A DNA stretch of 64,000 nucleotides from Candidatus Peribacteraceae bacterium (GTDB taxonomy: Bacteria > Patescibacteriota > Gracilibacteria > Peribacterales > Peribacteraceae). The stretch is taken from assembly GCA_018061945.1 (NCBI GenBank), contig JAGOTD010000005.1:2278-66277 (forward strand), given 5' to 3'. Positions 8,001-17,773 of the stretch are shown here, in pieces. Position 1 is the first letter of the stretch. Every line of letters starts with the position of its first letter. The position numbers were made by a program, and so were the translations under genes. The notes below the pieces were generated by a model. That model did no database searches, was not told the origin of the DNA, and saw nothing but the letters and a program-made list of their open reading frames with translations.

Positions 8001-9236
8001 ATGGCCAAAGAACGTGTTATCGCATCTCTCGATGTCGGAAGTTCCAAAATCCGTACAGTCGTCGCAGTCGTAGATTCTAGTGAAGGTGGTCAGGTACCAA
8101 GTGTCATTGGTGTTGGTCTTTCGCCATCGCTTGGCATGCGCAAGGGGCACATTATCGATATCGAAGAAGCGATTCACAATATTATCTCGGCTCTCGAAGA
8201 TGCTGAGCGTATGGCCGGTGTTCCCATCAACCACGTGTTTGTGGGTATGAGCGGAGCGCACATCGAGGCGTTCGACAGCAGGGGAGTCATCGCTATCTCG
8301 GGTAGCGAAATTACGGTGGAAGACGTTGCGCGCGTGCTCGAGGCTGCTCAGGCAGTTAGCATTCCAAGTAATCGTCGCATTTTGCATATCGAACCAAAGT
8401 CCTACGCTGTCGACGAGCAGAAGGGGATCAAGAATCCGGTTGGTATGACGGGCATCCGTTTGGAAGTCGAAGCCCACATCATCACCGGTCAAATCCAGCA
8501 TGTCAAAAACTTAGAGAAATGTATCGATCAGTCGGGTGTCGATATCGACGCGCTCATTCCAGCGAACATCGCAATTTCCGAGGCAGTGCTCACCAAGCGT
8601 CAGAAAGAATTGGGTGTGGTTATTATCGATATCGGCGCCGGTTCGACCAGCGTTGCCATCTTCGAAGAAGGAACCATCATGCATTCTGTCTGTTTGCCCG
8701 TTGGCGGCGAGAATGTCACCAACGACATTGCAATCGGTCTTCGTACATCTATCGATACAGCCGAGAAAATCAAAATCGAATACGGTTCTGTTCTGCCTGC
8801 CGAAATCCAGGAGCGCGAAATGATCGATCTAGGCACGATTAGCAAAATGGATACGCAGACCGTGAGTCGCCGCTACATGGCCGAAATCATGCAGGCGCGT
8901 TACTACGAACTGTTCTCACTGGTAAAAGACGAGCTCAAGCGCATTGGTCGCGATGGATTGCTCCCTGCTGGTGCACTGCTCACGGGCGCCGCAGTCAAAG
9001 CTCCTGGTGTCCTCGATATCGCGCGCGAAGTACTCGGCTTGCCGGTACAAATGGGTTTCCCAGTCGAGATTGGTGGTGTTATCGAAAAAGTCGATGATCC
9101 AGCGTATGCCACGGCTCTCGGTACACTCCTTTGGGGTGTGCGCGAAGGTCAGCGTAATTCGTTCTCGGTAAACAATATCAATATGAAACGTGCTATCAGC
9201 CAGGTTGGTTCCTGGTTTAAAAATCTCCTTCCTTAA
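8001..9236 (+). CDS. ftsA: Cell division protein FtsA
   Basis: Actin-like ATPase motifs (ASLDVGSSKIR, IIDIGAGSTSVA). It sits immediately upstream of ftsZ. Confidence 0.9.
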   Translation: MAKERVIASLDVGSSKIRTVVAVVDSSEGGQVPSVIGVGLSPSLGMRKGHIIDIEEAIHNIISALEDAERMAGVPINHVFVGMSGAHIEAFDSRGVIAISGSEITVEDVARVLEAAQAVSIPSNRRILHIEPKSYAVDEQKGIKNPVGMTGIRLEVEAHIITGQIQHVKNLEKCIDQSGVDIDALIPANIAISEAVLTKRQKELGVVIIDIGAGSTSVAIFEEGTIMHSVCLPVGGENVTNDIAIGLRTSIDTAEKIKIEYGSVLPAEIQEREMIDLGTISKMDTQTVSRRYMAEIMQARYYELFSLVKDELKRIGRDGLLPAGALLTGAAVKAPGVLDIAREVLGLPVQMGFPVEIGGVIEKVDDPAYATALGTLLWGVREGQRNSFSVNNINMKRAISQVGSWFKNLLP

Positions 9237-9263
9237 TATTCGTCTTCATTTCTCCCCAATCTC

Positions 9264-10514
9264 ATGTCAGATACGCTTAAAAATCTCTTCTCCGGCTCAC
9301 GTTCCAACGGATCGTCGGGTTCCGGTTCCGGTTCGGGTTCTGGTAAAGGTGACGACTCTTCCGCTACTGGCCATCAGGAAGTTCGTCCAGACATAGCGCC
9401 CAATGCTGTTATTCGTGTTATCGGTGTTGGCGGCGGCGGCAGTAATGCTGTTGCACGTATGATCGAGGGAAAAGTGCAGGGAGTGGAGTTCGTTGCCGTC
9501 AATACCGATGCGCAGGCGTTGTACCACAACCCAGCTCCAACCAAGATCAATATTGGTCGCGGAACAACACGTGGCCTTGGAGCCGGTGCAAATCCGGACA
9601 TTGGTTTGCAGGCTGCCAAAGAAAGCTCGGAGGAAATCAAGAAAGTCATCGAAGGTGCAGACCTCCTTTTCGTGTGTGCCGGTCTCGGCGGAGGTTCTGG
9701 CTCTGGAGCTGGTCCCTACATTGCCGAGCTCGCTCGCAGTATGGGTATCTTGACAGTTGGGGTTGTGACGAAGCCATTTAGCTTCGAAGGTCTTCGCCGC
9801 CGCAAGCAGGCCGAAGATGCGCTCGATGCGATGCGCGGAAAAGTCGACACTCTCATTACTATTCCAAACGACAAAATCCTCTCACTCATCGACAAGACGA
9901 CACCTCTCACGGAAGCCTTCCAGATCGTCGATGAAATTCTCCGCCATGGTATCGAGGGTATTGCCAACCTCATTACAGTTCATGGGCTCGTCAACGTCGA
10001 CTTTGCCGACGTCAAGTCTGTCATGCAGGACGCTGGGTCGGCTCTGATGGGTATCGGTTACGGTACAGGCGACAGCCGCGCAGCCGAGGCTGCTAGAGCC
10101 GCTATCGACAGTCCATTGCTTGAGCTTTCTATCTCTGGTGCCAAAGGTATTTTGTTTAACATCACAGGTGGTAACGACTTGAGCATGTTCGAAGTCGACG
10201 AGGCTGCACGCATTGTGACAGAAGCTGCTGATCCAGAAGCCAACATTATTTTCGGTGCCGTAATCGACGATGCATTCACTGGCCAAGTAAAGTGTACGGT
10301 TATCGCAACGGGCTTCGACGAACAGAAGAGCAGCATGAGTGCACCGACAAACGTTGCAAACTTACGTTCACTGCCAAGCTACAAGAAGCAGTCCGATGAA
10401 CCAAAAGGTTTGGTTCGTGGTGCCGATGACTCCGTCATCAAGCTTTCTGGAAGCCAGTTAAACGAAGAAGAGTTAGATGTTCCAACATTCATGCGCAAGA
10501 AGATCGGAAAGTAA
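9264..10514 (+). CDS. ftsZ: Cell division protein FtsZ
   Basis: The tubulin signature GVGGGGSNAV and GGGSGSG are present. The C-terminal DVPTFMRKK peptide is also present. Confidence 0.95.
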   Translation: MSDTLKNLFSGSRSNGSSGSGSGSGSGKGDDSSATGHQEVRPDIAPNAVIRVIGVGGGGSNAVARMIEGKVQGVEFVAVNTDAQALYHNPAPTKINIGRGTTRGLGAGANPDIGLQAAKESSEEIKKVIEGADLLFVCAGLGGGSGSGAGPYIAELARSMGILTVGVVTKPFSFEGLRRRKQAEDALDAMRGKVDTLITIPNDKILSLIDKTTPLTEAFQIVDEILRHGIEGIANLITVHGLVNVDFADVKSVMQDAGSALMGIGYGTGDSRAAEAARAAIDSPLLELSISGAKGILFNITGGNDLSMFEVDEAARIVTEAADPEANIIFGAVIDDAFTGQVKCTVIATGFDEQKSSMSAPTNVANLRSLPSYKKQSDEPKGLVRGADDSVIKLSGSQLNEEELDVPTFMRKKIGK

Positions 10515-10546
10515 TCCCCATCGCTTTTTGTCCACAACAAGAAAAT

Positions 10547-10578
10547 CTCGGAATTCAAATCTCCGGGATTTTTTTTGA
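10547..10578 (+). terminator. ftsZ terminator candidate
   Basis: CTCGGA-attcaaatc-TCCGGG (6 bp including one G-U pair) followed by ATTTTTTTT. Confidence 0.55.
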
Positions 10579-10643
10579 TATTAAACTTGAAAAATAATTT
10601 CTGTAAAGTATAGTTTACAAAATAGGATATTTGTTTTTAATAT

Positions 10644-12341
10644 ATGATTGATGAGATCAAGCAAAGGCTGGTAGGACTATGTCCTACCGATCAGAACGGG
10701 AGAAGTGCATTAAATTTTCCTATAGACTCCGCACTTGAGCAAATAAAAGAAGAGCTTATAGACTTATTCTCTCCTGAGGATGCAGATCAGCTGGTATCTA
10801 GATTTGGCAAGACTCATCTTTTTGATTTATTGCTCCGATTGAAAATTTGTCGAGAAAAATATTTTGATATTTTATCACGTTTAGAAGAGGGAAAAGAAAG
10901 TCTTCGGGTTTATGAGCAGAAGCTTCAGCAAAACTCTCTTCAGGCGAATGATTATGTGCTTCATGAAGTGAACGTCGATCTTGTAAATATAATTAAGAGT
11001 GTAGAACAAGCGGTAAATGTATTGATAAGTACGTATTCAGTTGATTCGATTTCTTCATATCAAGAGAAAAAAAGTACTCTAAACAATATTGATGAAATGT
11101 ATCGATATTTTCTGCAGAGAATATCTCTGATTATGACTGGATTAGATTGGCAATCAATCAGTATACAACCAGGGCTGCACTCGCGAGTGTTCAGTGAGCT
11201 TGATTTTGAGCAGCCTGGACTTGTGGGTTATAAAAGATTTAACTATCCAGCATTGGAAAGCTATGAAAGGTGGTTTTTAACTAACCAAGTTGAATGTAAT
11301 AATCCAAATGATCTGACTGCCATTCTCACGAGTTCAGGAATGGGTGCGCTAAGCGTTGTATTGCAATTTTTAAAAAATAAACTTCGATCAGATGATGCGA
11401 TTTTGTTTTCCGAATCCATGTACTGCGAATGCAGTCAATTGATGGAAATGTTCTTTGGTGACAGTCCAAATATAGCAAAATTCTCTCAAGAAGAGCCTCG
11501 GAAAATAGTAGACATCGTAAAAGAAAAGAACATACGTGCCATACTCTTAGAGCCCATTGCAAATACAGAAACTATGCAAGTTGTTGATATGCCGGGATTC
11601 ATAAAAATCCTGCAGTCAGAGACTTGGCAGGATGACATATTTGTTATTGCTGATACCAGCGTTACAGCTGGAGGCGAGAAACTTTTTGAGACCTATAATT
11701 CACAACAGAATCCTCATGTGCACCTTATAGGTGTTGAAAGCCTTATTAAATATCGTCAATTAGGCAACGACAGAGTGAATGCCGGAGTCATTATTGCCGA
11801 ACATGGTTTTCGTCAAAAGCTTCAGTATATAAGACAGGCGACTGGAACTTTTCTTTCGGATCAAAGCTTGCACCAGCTTCCTCGCTTACCAAAAGAATCG
11901 TTCCTGCAATATTTGCGTATTATTCAACGCAATAGCCTTTTTCTGACCGACAAAATTAACGAAACATTAGCAGGAATAGACTCACCTTTTGAAAAAGCTA
12001 TTCATCCTACAAAGGTGGCACCAGAAGTTTGTCAAAAGATGCAATTTTCTACCGGCCTTATTGCTCTTCAGTGGAAAGAGGGAGCGCAAGGTAATTGTTT
12101 TGAAATTTTAGAAAAAATGGTATCTCAAATTATTACTCAGGCAAAAGTATTGAAATTAGATATTGATAGTGGAACTAGTTTCGGTTTTAGCTCAACACGT
12201 TTTTATATTGCTCCGACTAATCATAGAGGTCACGGTAATTTTTTGCGTATATCGGTTGGAGTTGAGCCAATTCTAGATATTTTAAAGATTGCAGAAATTA
12301 TTTGTAATACAATAAAAGAAGCGCCCTCATTCATTGGATAA
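10644..12341 (+). CDS. Cys/Met-metabolism-type PLP-dependent enzyme with an uncharacterised N-terminal domain of about 200 aa
   Basis: TSSGMGALSV, SLIKYRQLGNDRVNAGVII (PLP-lysine segment, S-x-x-K) and the C-terminal FLRISVGVEPILDIL all match the fold-type I gamma-family pattern. The gene is visibly AT-richer than its neighbours. Confidence 0.75.
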   Translation: MIDEIKQRLVGLCPTDQNGRSALNFPIDSALEQIKEELIDLFSPEDADQLVSRFGKTHLFDLLLRLKICREKYFDILSRLEEGKESLRVYEQKLQQNSLQANDYVLHEVNVDLVNIIKSVEQAVNVLISTYSVDSISSYQEKKSTLNNIDEMYRYFLQRISLIMTGLDWQSISIQPGLHSRVFSELDFEQPGLVGYKRFNYPALESYERWFLTNQVECNNPNDLTAILTSSGMGALSVVLQFLKNKLRSDDAILFSESMYCECSQLMEMFFGDSPNIAKFSQEEPRKIVDIVKEKNIRAILLEPIANTETMQVVDMPGFIKILQSETWQDDIFVIADTSVTAGGEKLFETYNSQQNPHVHLIGVESLIKYRQLGNDRVNAGVIIAEHGFRQKLQYIRQATGTFLSDQSLHQLPRLPKESFLQYLRIIQRNSLFLTDKINETLAGIDSPFEKAIHPTKVAPEVCQKMQFSTGLIALQWKEGAQGNCFEILEKMVSQIITQAKVLKLDIDSGTSFGFSSTRFYIAPTNHRGHGNFLRISVGVEPILDILKIAEIICNTIKEAPSFIG

Positions 12342-12403
12342 TAAATGAGGGCGTAGATCGATGTCTGGATATTTACACTCGGAGCAAATGAAGGGAAGGA
12401 TAA

Positions 12404-12691
12404 TTAGTACTCGTGAAATACATATTCATAATGTTCCGCAGTAACGACATATCCTCCATTGCAGTCGTTACACAAGTACGTCGTTGTATTGTATCCGCTC
12501 CCACTAAAGTTTTTCTCTGAAACCTCCCTTGTACCACTGCCTCCGCACGAGTTGCATCTGTGGCGAGATTTAGGAACAAGAATTTTTTCATGATATCCAC
12601 GCTCAATGTCTGTATTGCCGCATTTAGGGCAGAAAGCGGCGTTGGAGCTGACTTGGTGGTTGCAGACATTGCAAGTGACGAGCTTGGGCAT
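12404..12691 (-). CDS. Zinc-ribbon protein with DnaJ-type CxxCxGxG motifs
   Basis: CNVC...CPKCG forms a zinc ribbon. It is followed by CNSCGGSG and CNDCNGGY. Confidence 0.65.
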   Translation of the reverse strand: MPKLVTCNVCNHQVSSNAAFCPKCGNTDIERGYHEKILVPKSRHRCNSCGGSGTREVSEKNFSGSGYNTTTYLCNDCNGGYVVTAEHYEYVFHEY

Positions 12692-12825
12692 TGTGCTTCT
12701 CCGCGATCATGTAAAGAGCTGGATATCGATCTTTCCTGAAACGCTTCAGGAGTATTTATTATTTTACATTTTAATTTTTATATGTCAATAAACGTATCTA
12801 TATCTATCCAAGTTATACTCGCCTC

Positions 12826-13263
12826 ATGACCACTCTTCCTGTTTCCGTATCTCGCGTCGACCCCACACTTCCTCTTCCCGTCTATCAAACAGCCGGAGCC
12901 GCTGCTTTCGACCTGACAACACGCGAAACAACGGTCATTGCGCCGCGGGCAATCGGCTTGGTGCCATCGAATGTGATTGTGAAAGTTCCAGATGGCTACG
13001 CACTGCTCATTCTTCCGCGTTCATCACTGCCACGCAAAAAAGGCCTCATTTGCCCGCATTCATTGGGCCTCATCGATCAAGATTACCACGGACCAAAAGA
13101 CGAGATATTTGTGCAGGTGCAAAATATTACTGATTCTTCCATTACCGTGGAAAGAGGGGAGCGGATAGCGCAGGGATTGTTTGTAGCAATCGGCAAAGCG
13201 GATTGGCAGGAAGTAGACGACCACGGCGCGCAGACGCGTGGAGGGTTTGGGACGACGGGGTAG
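12826..13263 (+). CDS. dut: dUTP diphosphatase
   Basis: GAAAFDL, PRSSL, GLIDQDYHG and the C-terminal RGGFGTTG are present. Confidence 0.9.
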   Translation: MTTLPVSVSRVDPTLPLPVYQTAGAAAFDLTTRETTVIAPRAIGLVPSNVIVKVPDGYALLILPRSSLPRKKGLICPHSLGLIDQDYHGPKDEIFVQVQNITDSSITVERGERIAQGLFVAIGKADWQEVDDHGAQTRGGFGTTG

Positions 13264-13265
13264 GG

Positions 13266-16200
13266 TTATTTACTAAATGGATCTGCTGGAACAGGCAGAT
13301 CGATTTTTATCACTTCTTCATATTCTTTCTTCAAATCACTGGTTTGTTTTACATCTGCTATTGGTGCCCCTCCCGCAGCTTTAGCTACGCCGTCAAGTAA
13401 GCCTTGACTTACTTCTGATCGAACAATAATTCCTCTTCTTAGTAAGCCTAAGAGAATATGTCTATTTTTTGTATCTACTTCTGCTGCAAATTGATTTGTA
13501 GATGCTGGGTTAGCTAAGATTCTTGTTTTAAACCATACTTTTAGCTTCGCGTGCATTTCTCGTCTGAAATTTTCTGCAGCGGTCGTATCTATTTTTTTTA
13601 AATCATCATACCGATCGAAGACGGCTGCAAAGAAGTTGAGCGCTTTTTGTTGATGTGTGGGTCTACCAGTTGAATCTCTGGTCCCTAATTCTTCAATGAT
13701 ACCTCTACCCGCAAGTAAAACATCCGAGCCCTCAGCACTAAAGAAGTCATCATCGGTTTTGGCTGCACTTGTAGTGCTGTTTGCATCTTTCATCCATGTC
13801 TCTCGATAATTATTGAAAATCTTATCATCTTGGAAAATTGAGATAAACTTTCCATCCTGTTCGTAAGTTTTTCCTGACAAAATAATAGAAATTGCTTCGT
13901 CTATATCCTGGGCATTGCTTATTGCTTTAAAATTCTCGCGTAATTTTTTTTCAACATGAGCTATTGTTTCAAAGAGATAGCAATCATTTTTCTGAAATGC
14001 TGTTTCAGAATCTGTACTACTTGCTTCTTTTCTCCAATTCATAAAACTGTTTCTTTGAGTTTTAAATTGCGTAAGTGACCATGCGGATTCACCGATACCG
14101 ATGTTACCGATGTCGTCGAGCAAACCTTTGTCCAAAATGCTAATTAGATCTTTATTTTTACGCAGTTCGTTGATAAATGTCACCATTCCCCATACATTTG
14201 AATGTGTCAGTTTTCCCTTTTCCTGAATACGCTTGAGAATTCCTTTAATCGCAAAGATGTTTAATTTCTTCAGTTCGTCTTTCATGTCTTTGATCATGAG
14301 TGGAATATCGGGATGTTTGGTCACTTTATCATATCCTCTGCTTTCTTCCTTTTTCTTTCCTCCTTCATTTTCTTCCACGAGCTCCTTAAATGCCTGGGTG
14401 GTAAACACTTTGGCATAGTCGATACCGTACACGTTGTGTGGGTTATAGCGGTCGAGATCGTAGAGCCATGCATGCTTGGCGCCATAATCCAAAATAGCAC
14501 GGACACGGTTCACGTTATTGCGGTTCTGGTCGAGCAGGCTTTGCCCGTAACTATTTGTAAACAATTCTTTATAGGTAAATCCTTCCTGCTCCAGATATGT
14601 TTTGTACTTGTCCGTTTCATCGCTGTCGGCAGAACGAGCCTGTCTGTTGATAATCTGGCGGATCGGCTGGCCGTATGAAAAGGTATCTAAAAACCACGAC
14701 GAATCTTTGGCGATGCGGTTTGTTACAACGTTCTGTTGCGCTTTATACGACTCTACAATTGCTTCCTGGTAAATCTTGAAAATTTTCACAATGTCGTAGT
14801 AACACAGCCATTCTGCACCTCCGTCCTGCCCTAAGAATCCGAATAATTTGGATTTAAAGTCCTTCTTCTTGCCATACTGTTCCAAGTTTGCATCTCTCAG
14901 CCTCTTTGCATCATTGTAGTCCTCAATAGTTTTAAGCGGTCTTTCGAGTGACTTTAGATGTTTTGCAGCATCATCTAAGATTGTCTGTTTAGATTTTTTT
15001 GTTGCTTTACTGTTGTCGAGTGCTTCGCTGGATACATCTGATCCCAGTTGTGCCAAATTTCGATAGTCACTCGCATTAGGAAAGTTCCATTCTGTTGCCA
15101 ATTTCGCCTTTTCGCTAATGGTGAAATTATTCCAGTTTTCTATTTTGGTAGCCACTCCTTGCACCATTCGGAGATCTGCTGCCGCAGCAGTTAAATACTC
15201 ATCGGCAACTTTCATACCTTCGGCATGTATTTTATCCAGATCTGCCCCGGTGTGCGCATTAATTCCTTGAGTCTTGGCATCGTGTGCGGCGTCGTCGGAG
15301 AAGTTCGAGAGCTGCATAGTTGGTAGCGCTTTGCGCAGCGCTTGAACTTTCTGTAAGGATTTCTCAGAATTGGCTTTTACATCATATGCAGTAGCAGTAT
15401 CTTTCTTCTTAGATTCGTTGGTGGTTTCATCTACTTCATTGTCTGCTGCCCCTCCCGGGTTCATAGTACGCACTTTCTTTGCCTGTTCATCTGCCCAAAT
15501 TGCATCAATTTCTTTTCTCGCACCTTCGCGAATATCGTCTGGCTCATCTGCCACGACTCTTTTGCCCCATTCTCTTTTCAATAATTCTTCTGATGGCATA
15601 CGTTCGCCGATGGCATTGCGCACGATTATATCGAATTCTTCAAAGCTATCGTCTGTGCGCTTGGTAATGCGATCAACAATATTCTTGAGGAATGCAGTCT
15701 GTTTGTCTTTGTGCTTTAGTGCATTTTCTACCAACACGGCCAGATTTTTGAGTTCCTGATCTTTGCCATCGGTATAGGGAGCTTTGCGATGAGCGGCAGC
15801 AATAGCCAGAATTTCATGGAGGTAATCGGTATCCGATTCAAAGGCTGGAACACGGTCACCAGTTACGACATTTCTCGTATTCCAAATGCGATCGATGGCC
15901 AGTTTCATGTCGTTCCATTCAGGAAGCTTTGTAAACAGAGTCGTAATCTTGCGCAGGCCCATAATGCCGCCGCTTTCTTTATCGAGTTCAAAATGTGTGA
16001 GTTCGTGCGCGATAATACGTGCACGATCGGTAACATTTCGTGCCTGCGGATTATCAATATTGATATGAATCTCGTTGCCAAAACAAAATGCTGCCGGCTT
16101 GCCTCTGCTCAGTACGATCTGCACTTCCTCTTCGGATGCAAACGGCATGCTGGCGCGCGTGTATTTTTCGAACGTTTTGTTAAAGCTTTCATCAATGGGC

Positions 16201-17192
16201 GTGTCGAGTATCGGTGCATCTCCTTTGGGAGCCTGATATTTTCCCAGTGCCAGAACGTCCTGTTTAAACTGCGCGCGCAAATGATTGATCGTACTGCTGA
16301 TCATCTGCTCCGGATTGTCGGAGTATTCGGCAATATCCGATTCACGCAGTTTTTGTTCGATAGCTGCACTGTTTCGGGCAAAGTACTCATCGATTAAGCT
16401 TTTTGGTTTTTTGCTGACAAATTCGCTAGTGCGCGAGAGAGAAGTATCAATTTTATTGAGATAACGGCTATCTTGATTCTGTGAAAATTCTTCAAAAGAC
16501 TTCTCTTTTTCCTGCAGTACTTGCATCAGGTAATCAGCTTGCTGCTTTGGTGTTTGATTGCGCAGTTTTTCTAAGCGTTTCTTAAGTGAGCGCATCAGTT
16601 TTTCGTAGATGCGCATAGGAGACTTCAGTTTATTTTGAACGCTTTCATCTGTCGTATTGTCAAAGCGCTTATCAAGATTGTCGTATATTGCTCGATACGA
16701 TTGTAGTCGATCTTCAAACGAAGCAACCACTGTGGTTTGCTCATCACCGCTGTCTGATTTCGTTACTTTCTCATACAAATTCTTATAGAAAGATTTTTCC
16801 CATACCAGAGCACTAAGAATATTTTGTGCATTTGTTTCCTCTTCGTGCCATATAAAGCTTTCCGCATATGATTGGAATTTCTCCTGCATGTCGATTCGAA
16901 CGCTATGAAGCGTGCTTTTTATTTTCTCTTCGGCTTCCAGTGCGCCATATGTCTTTTCCTTCTCGCTGAGATTGTCCAGCAGCTGCTTGCGGATATCGGC
17001 AACGATTTCCTGTGGAAGAGGGGAGAGCTCGGGTGCGCTTAGTGGTTTCTTTTTGCCTGCCTCCGGTCCATCAAATTCCGGATCATGTAGCGGATGACCG
17101 GATGTATTTGCTCCCGCGAAAAAGCAGAGGCGCTGCTCCTTGGTTGGAGAGTGCGAGTGAGCAAAGTGCGCGTTGGTGAACCTATGTATCAT
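13266..17192 (-). CDS. Giant hypothetical protein with one HExxH zinc-metallopeptidase-like motif
   Basis: 1308-aa uninterrupted ORF with no obvious signal peptide or TM. AAFCFGNEIHINIDNPQARNVTDRARIIAHELTH (HELTH at nt 15993-16007, aa 396-400) resembles the DUF4157-type core by eye. The rest is helical, K/E/D-rich and unassigned. Confidence 0.8.
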   Translation of the reverse strand: MIHRFTNAHFAHSHSPTKEQRLCFFAGANTSGHPLHDPEFDGPEAGKKKPLSAPELSPLPQEIVADIRKQLLDNLSEKEKTYGALEAEEKIKSTLHSVRIDMQEKFQSYAESFIWHEEETNAQNILSALVWEKSFYKNLYEKVTKSDSGDEQTTVVASFEDRLQSYRAIYDNLDKRFDNTTDESVQNKLKSPMRIYEKLMRSLKKRLEKLRNQTPKQQADYLMQVLQEKEKSFEEFSQNQDSRYLNKIDTSLSRTSEFVSKKPKSLIDEYFARNSAAIEQKLRESDIAEYSDNPEQMISSTINHLRAQFKQDVLALGKYQAPKGDAPILDTPIDESFNKTFEKYTRASMPFASEEEVQIVLSRGKPAAFCFGNEIHINIDNPQARNVTDRARIIAHELTHFELDKESGGIMGLRKITTLFTKLPEWNDMKLAIDRIWNTRNVVTGDRVPAFESDTDYLHEILAIAAAHRKAPYTDGKDQELKNLAVLVENALKHKDKQTAFLKNIVDRITKRTDDSFEEFDIIVRNAIGERMPSEELLKREWGKRVVADEPDDIREGARKEIDAIWADEQAKKVRTMNPGGAADNEVDETTNESKKKDTATAYDVKANSEKSLQKVQALRKALPTMQLSNFSDDAAHDAKTQGINAHTGADLDKIHAEGMKVADEYLTAAAADLRMVQGVATKIENWNNFTISEKAKLATEWNFPNASDYRNLAQLGSDVSSEALDNSKATKKSKQTILDDAAKHLKSLERPLKTIEDYNDAKRLRDANLEQYGKKKDFKSKLFGFLGQDGGAEWLCYYDIVKIFKIYQEAIVESYKAQQNVVTNRIAKDSSWFLDTFSYGQPIRQIINRQARSADSDETDKYKTYLEQEGFTYKELFTNSYGQSLLDQNRNNVNRVRAILDYGAKHAWLYDLDRYNPHNVYGIDYAKVFTTQAFKELVEENEGGKKKEESRGYDKVTKHPDIPLMIKDMKDELKKLNIFAIKGILKRIQEKGKLTHSNVWGMVTFINELRKNKDLISILDKGLLDDIGNIGIGESAWSLTQFKTQRNSFMNWRKEASSTDSETAFQKNDCYLFETIAHVEKKLRENFKAISNAQDIDEAISIILSGKTYEQDGKFISIFQDDKIFNNYRETWMKDANSTTSAAKTDDDFFSAEGSDVLLAGRGIIEELGTRDSTGRPTHQQKALNFFAAVFDRYDDLKKIDTTAAENFRREMHAKLKVWFKTRILANPASTNQFAAEVDTKNRHILLGLLRRGIIVRSEVSQGLLDGVAKAAGGAPIADVKQTSDLKKEYEEVIKIDLPVPADPFSK

Positions 17193-17669
17193 TTATATTT
17201 TACAATAACGAATAATGGCGTCAATCATTTTCTCGCGTTTTTCTGGGTCATGTGGAAGATGCGGATTCAGCGCTTCGTAAATGGCGTGCGCATCAATACT
17301 GTCTGTGAAAATGACAATGTCTGGCTTGAGGCCTTTGCGGGCAACGTGTAACTGGGTGTGTGTGATGCCACGCAGGATCCAGAAGTTTTTGAATGCATCC
17401 CACACTTCGACTTTGCCGTCGTACTCAATACCTGCCTCGAGTATGCGAATTGAATGCAGGGCATGTTTCTCGTTGCGGACGAGAAAATACAATCCAGCGG
17501 CAATCGCGATTACTAGGCTCATGGTCCACGCACCTGTCAGAAGTCCGTAGACAATAAGCGCAACTGCCAGAATGCCGGCAATGGCATACCAGCGCTCCGA
17601 CCGGTCGTGGTCGATCTGCGATGGTGCCTGCCACTCCAGTACTGCCGGAATATTATTTGTTTGGTCCAT
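17193..17669 (-). CDS. Two-TM membrane protein, abutting the giant ORF
   Basis: 158 aa with two adjacent TM helices and then a soluble domain. Its stop abuts the start of the downstream 1308-aa gene (17193/17192). Confidence 0.75.
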   Translation of the reverse strand: MDQTNNIPAVLEWQAPSQIDHDRSERWYAIAGILAVALIVYGLLTGAWTMSLVIAIAAGLYFLVRNEKHALHSIRILEAGIEYDGKVEVWDAFKNFWILRGITHTQLHVARKGLKPDIVIFTDSIDAHAIYEALNPHLPHDPEKREKMIDAIIRYCKI

Positions 17670-17773
17670 TTGTTTTTTTTGAGATAAATCCAGTTAGTAT
17701 AGCAGAAAAACGCCATTTCTCCCACGGAGGGGAATTGCAATAACTCTCTATATATTTTATAAATATACTTTGA

